Positions 62,362 to 64,000 of a stretch of 64,000 nt of DNA are shown in pieces; within the stretch, counting starts at the first letter, position 1; each line of letters starts with the position of its first letter. The stretch is taken from positions 1,854,936 to 1,918,935 of the forward strand of contig CBDCNM010000002.1 in assembly GCA_965219385.1 (NCBI GenBank), written 5' to 3'. The notes under the pieces were generated by a model. The model ran no database searches. It had not been told where the DNA came from and saw only the letters and a program-made list of their open reading frames with translations. This DNA is from Candidatus Latescibacterota bacterium (GTDB lineage Bacteria > Latescibacterota > UBA2968 > UBA8231). Both the position numbers and the translations under genes were made by a program.

Positions 62362-63679
62362 TTTTCCCTCCCGGTCAACGCCTGGACAGGGTGCAGACGC
62401 GCCATTTTCCAGGCTGGATAGGCTCCGGATACCGTACCGAAAAACACAGCGAGCAATACCCCGTAGAAGAAGGTGCGGATCAATACCTGAACATCCATGT
62501 AAGCCACGCCACCCATCGAAGCCAGCGCCAGTATGCCCCAGCTGAGCGGCAGACTGAGCGCCCCGCCCACCAGGGTGAGCAGCACGTTTTCCGCCACGAA
62601 CTGCCCCACCAGGGTGCGGGTCGAAGCGCCGAAGGACTTGCGCACGCCAATTTCGGAGGCGCGCTCCTCGATGCGGCCGATGTTGAGATTGACGAGGTGG
62701 AGCGCCGGCAGGAGCATGAACAGCAGCATATAGCCTCCCAGGGTGAGCAGCCGCCGCTGGAGATAGTCGGCGACCACCTGGCGTCCGTCCACGCTGCTGC
62801 GATAGTCCCTCTTCCATCCTCCTCCCCGGAGGGCCCATTCCTCCAGCTTGGTTACCAGCGGAGCGGATACTCCGGTGAGAGCGAAGCGCTCATCGGGTGG
62901 AGGTTCCACCTGCTCCAGCACGGTGGCGAATTCCGCCCGTATGCGCTTTATGTCCGCCGGCCGCGGCGCCAGCACCGCCGCCCTGAACCGTCCCGCAAGC
63001 TTGTAGGTGCGCCACTGCTCGGGAGGAGCGGTGGTCACCGGCACCCAGACATCGGCGTGGATTCTCATCCCTCTCTCCCGGTAGGAATAGTTATGCCGAA
63101 CGTCGGTCACCACGCCGACCACGCGGTAATTCTCTCCGTCGATGGGCACGCTCTTGCCCACCACCTCCTCCGAGCCGAAGAAGCGTCTGCTGAAGCCGGC
63201 GCGGATCACGGCGACCCTGGCGCCCGATGCCACCTCCTCGGTCCCATAGGGCCGGCCCTGGCGAAAGTCGAAGCGGAAGACCTCCCAGAAGCTCCATCGG
63301 TCAGCATCACCTGCACATGGCTCCCCTCCGCCCCTCCTTGCATTCCCCGGGAACCGGCATAAGAGAATACCGTCACTTTTTCCGCCGTCTCCAGGGGACG
63401 CACATAGCGGTCCAGAAACGCGTAACCAGGCTTTCTATACCCGGCCTTCGCTGGACTGAGGGATGAGTCGGTTGCAGTAAACTTCGGGAACAGCCAGTCG
63501 ATATACAGGGTGCGGTCGGAGTGGACCTCGGGCGGGATGGGCCCCACTTCCTGGTCGATGGAGGCCGTCGCCACCATCAGCACCGCGAGGGTGAAACAGA
63601 TCCCCAACAGATTGACCCCAGTGAGGAACTTGTGCCGCCAGAACACCTTGAGGGCCATTTTGATGTAGTTCTTCAGCAT
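62358..63679 (-). pseudogene. ABC permease with a 1-nt deletion near 63291
   Basis: TDG-gc-FWEVFRFDF vs paralog TDGVFWEILEFDF. Confidence 0.85.
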
Positions 63680-63743
63680 CTCCTCCTCCTTACTGGACCT
63701 GCCGTCTCCCGGAGTTCCCTATTACTCGATACCACAACCACAA

Positions 63744-63998
63744 TCAGTCGACAATTATGAGAACTGCACTTACGGTTAAAACCCCAATCACAGTACTAAG
63801 TCCACAAAAAGCACCATCCACGTTACTTGCCTCTCTCCTCTCGCGAATGTGCTCCTGATAGCCGTATCGGAAGCCCTCGATATAATCAATCCCCTTTCCC
63901 CGTATAGCCTGATACTCTTCCTTCGATAATGAAGCATCGCTTCTATCGGCAAAATATTCGCTTTGTACAACCAGGCCAATTATGCTGAAGCCACTTAT
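63744..63998 (-). CDS. Partial uncharacterised small membrane protein (not in ORF track), homolog of 58303-58641
   Basis: Manual translation ..SDASLSKEEYQAIRGKGIDYIEGFRYGYQEHIRERR..VLTVSAVLIIVD*. Confidence 0.75.
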   Translation of the reverse strand: MSGFSIIGLVVQSEYFADRSDASLSKEEYQAIRGKGIDYIEGFRYGYQEHIRERREASNVDGAFCGLSTVIGVLTVSAVLIIVD

Positions 63999-64000
63999 AT

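Noticed and set aside
63788..63979. ORF-track 63-aa ORF
   Set aside because: Wrong frame; another frame gives the homolog of 58303-58641

Overview
GC-rich bacterial chromosome segment. Three PhyH dioxygenases, four TonB-dependent receptors and MacB-type permease arrays suggest a sponge-symbiont-like lineage (e.g. Latescibacterota or Poribacteria); this is inference only. Layout: (1) 1-5.3 kb, a translationally coupled defence-like operon: end of a type IIG-like methyltransferase, XRE-ImmA/IrrE peptidase, DUF4411 PIN protein and a PLD-SNF2 helicase. (2) 5.5-25.5 kb, metabolism and transport (gdhA, msrP, PhyH x3, Ldh_2, MntR, transporters, TonB receptors), with short remnants of unrelated genes in many spacers. 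(3) 25.7-37 kb, a sigma54/NtrC-controlled tripartite ABC exporter with a tandem-duplicated, decaying permease array. (4) 37-47.2 kb, a type I R-M locus (hsdR frameshifted, hsdS, hsdM::DUF433) packed with nested toxin-antitoxin modules, several toxins broken and antitoxins intact. (5) 47.3-55.2 kb, a TonB/TonB/methyltransferase block bounded by a ~72-bp promoter-like direct repeat, then a truncated Fic gene. (6) 55.4-64 kb, a second NtrC/kinase pair and four permeases, bracketed by two homologous uncharacterised small membrane proteins. No rRNA, tRNA, CRISPR array, integrase or intact transposase was recognised. All family calls come from motif recognition by eye, not database searches.
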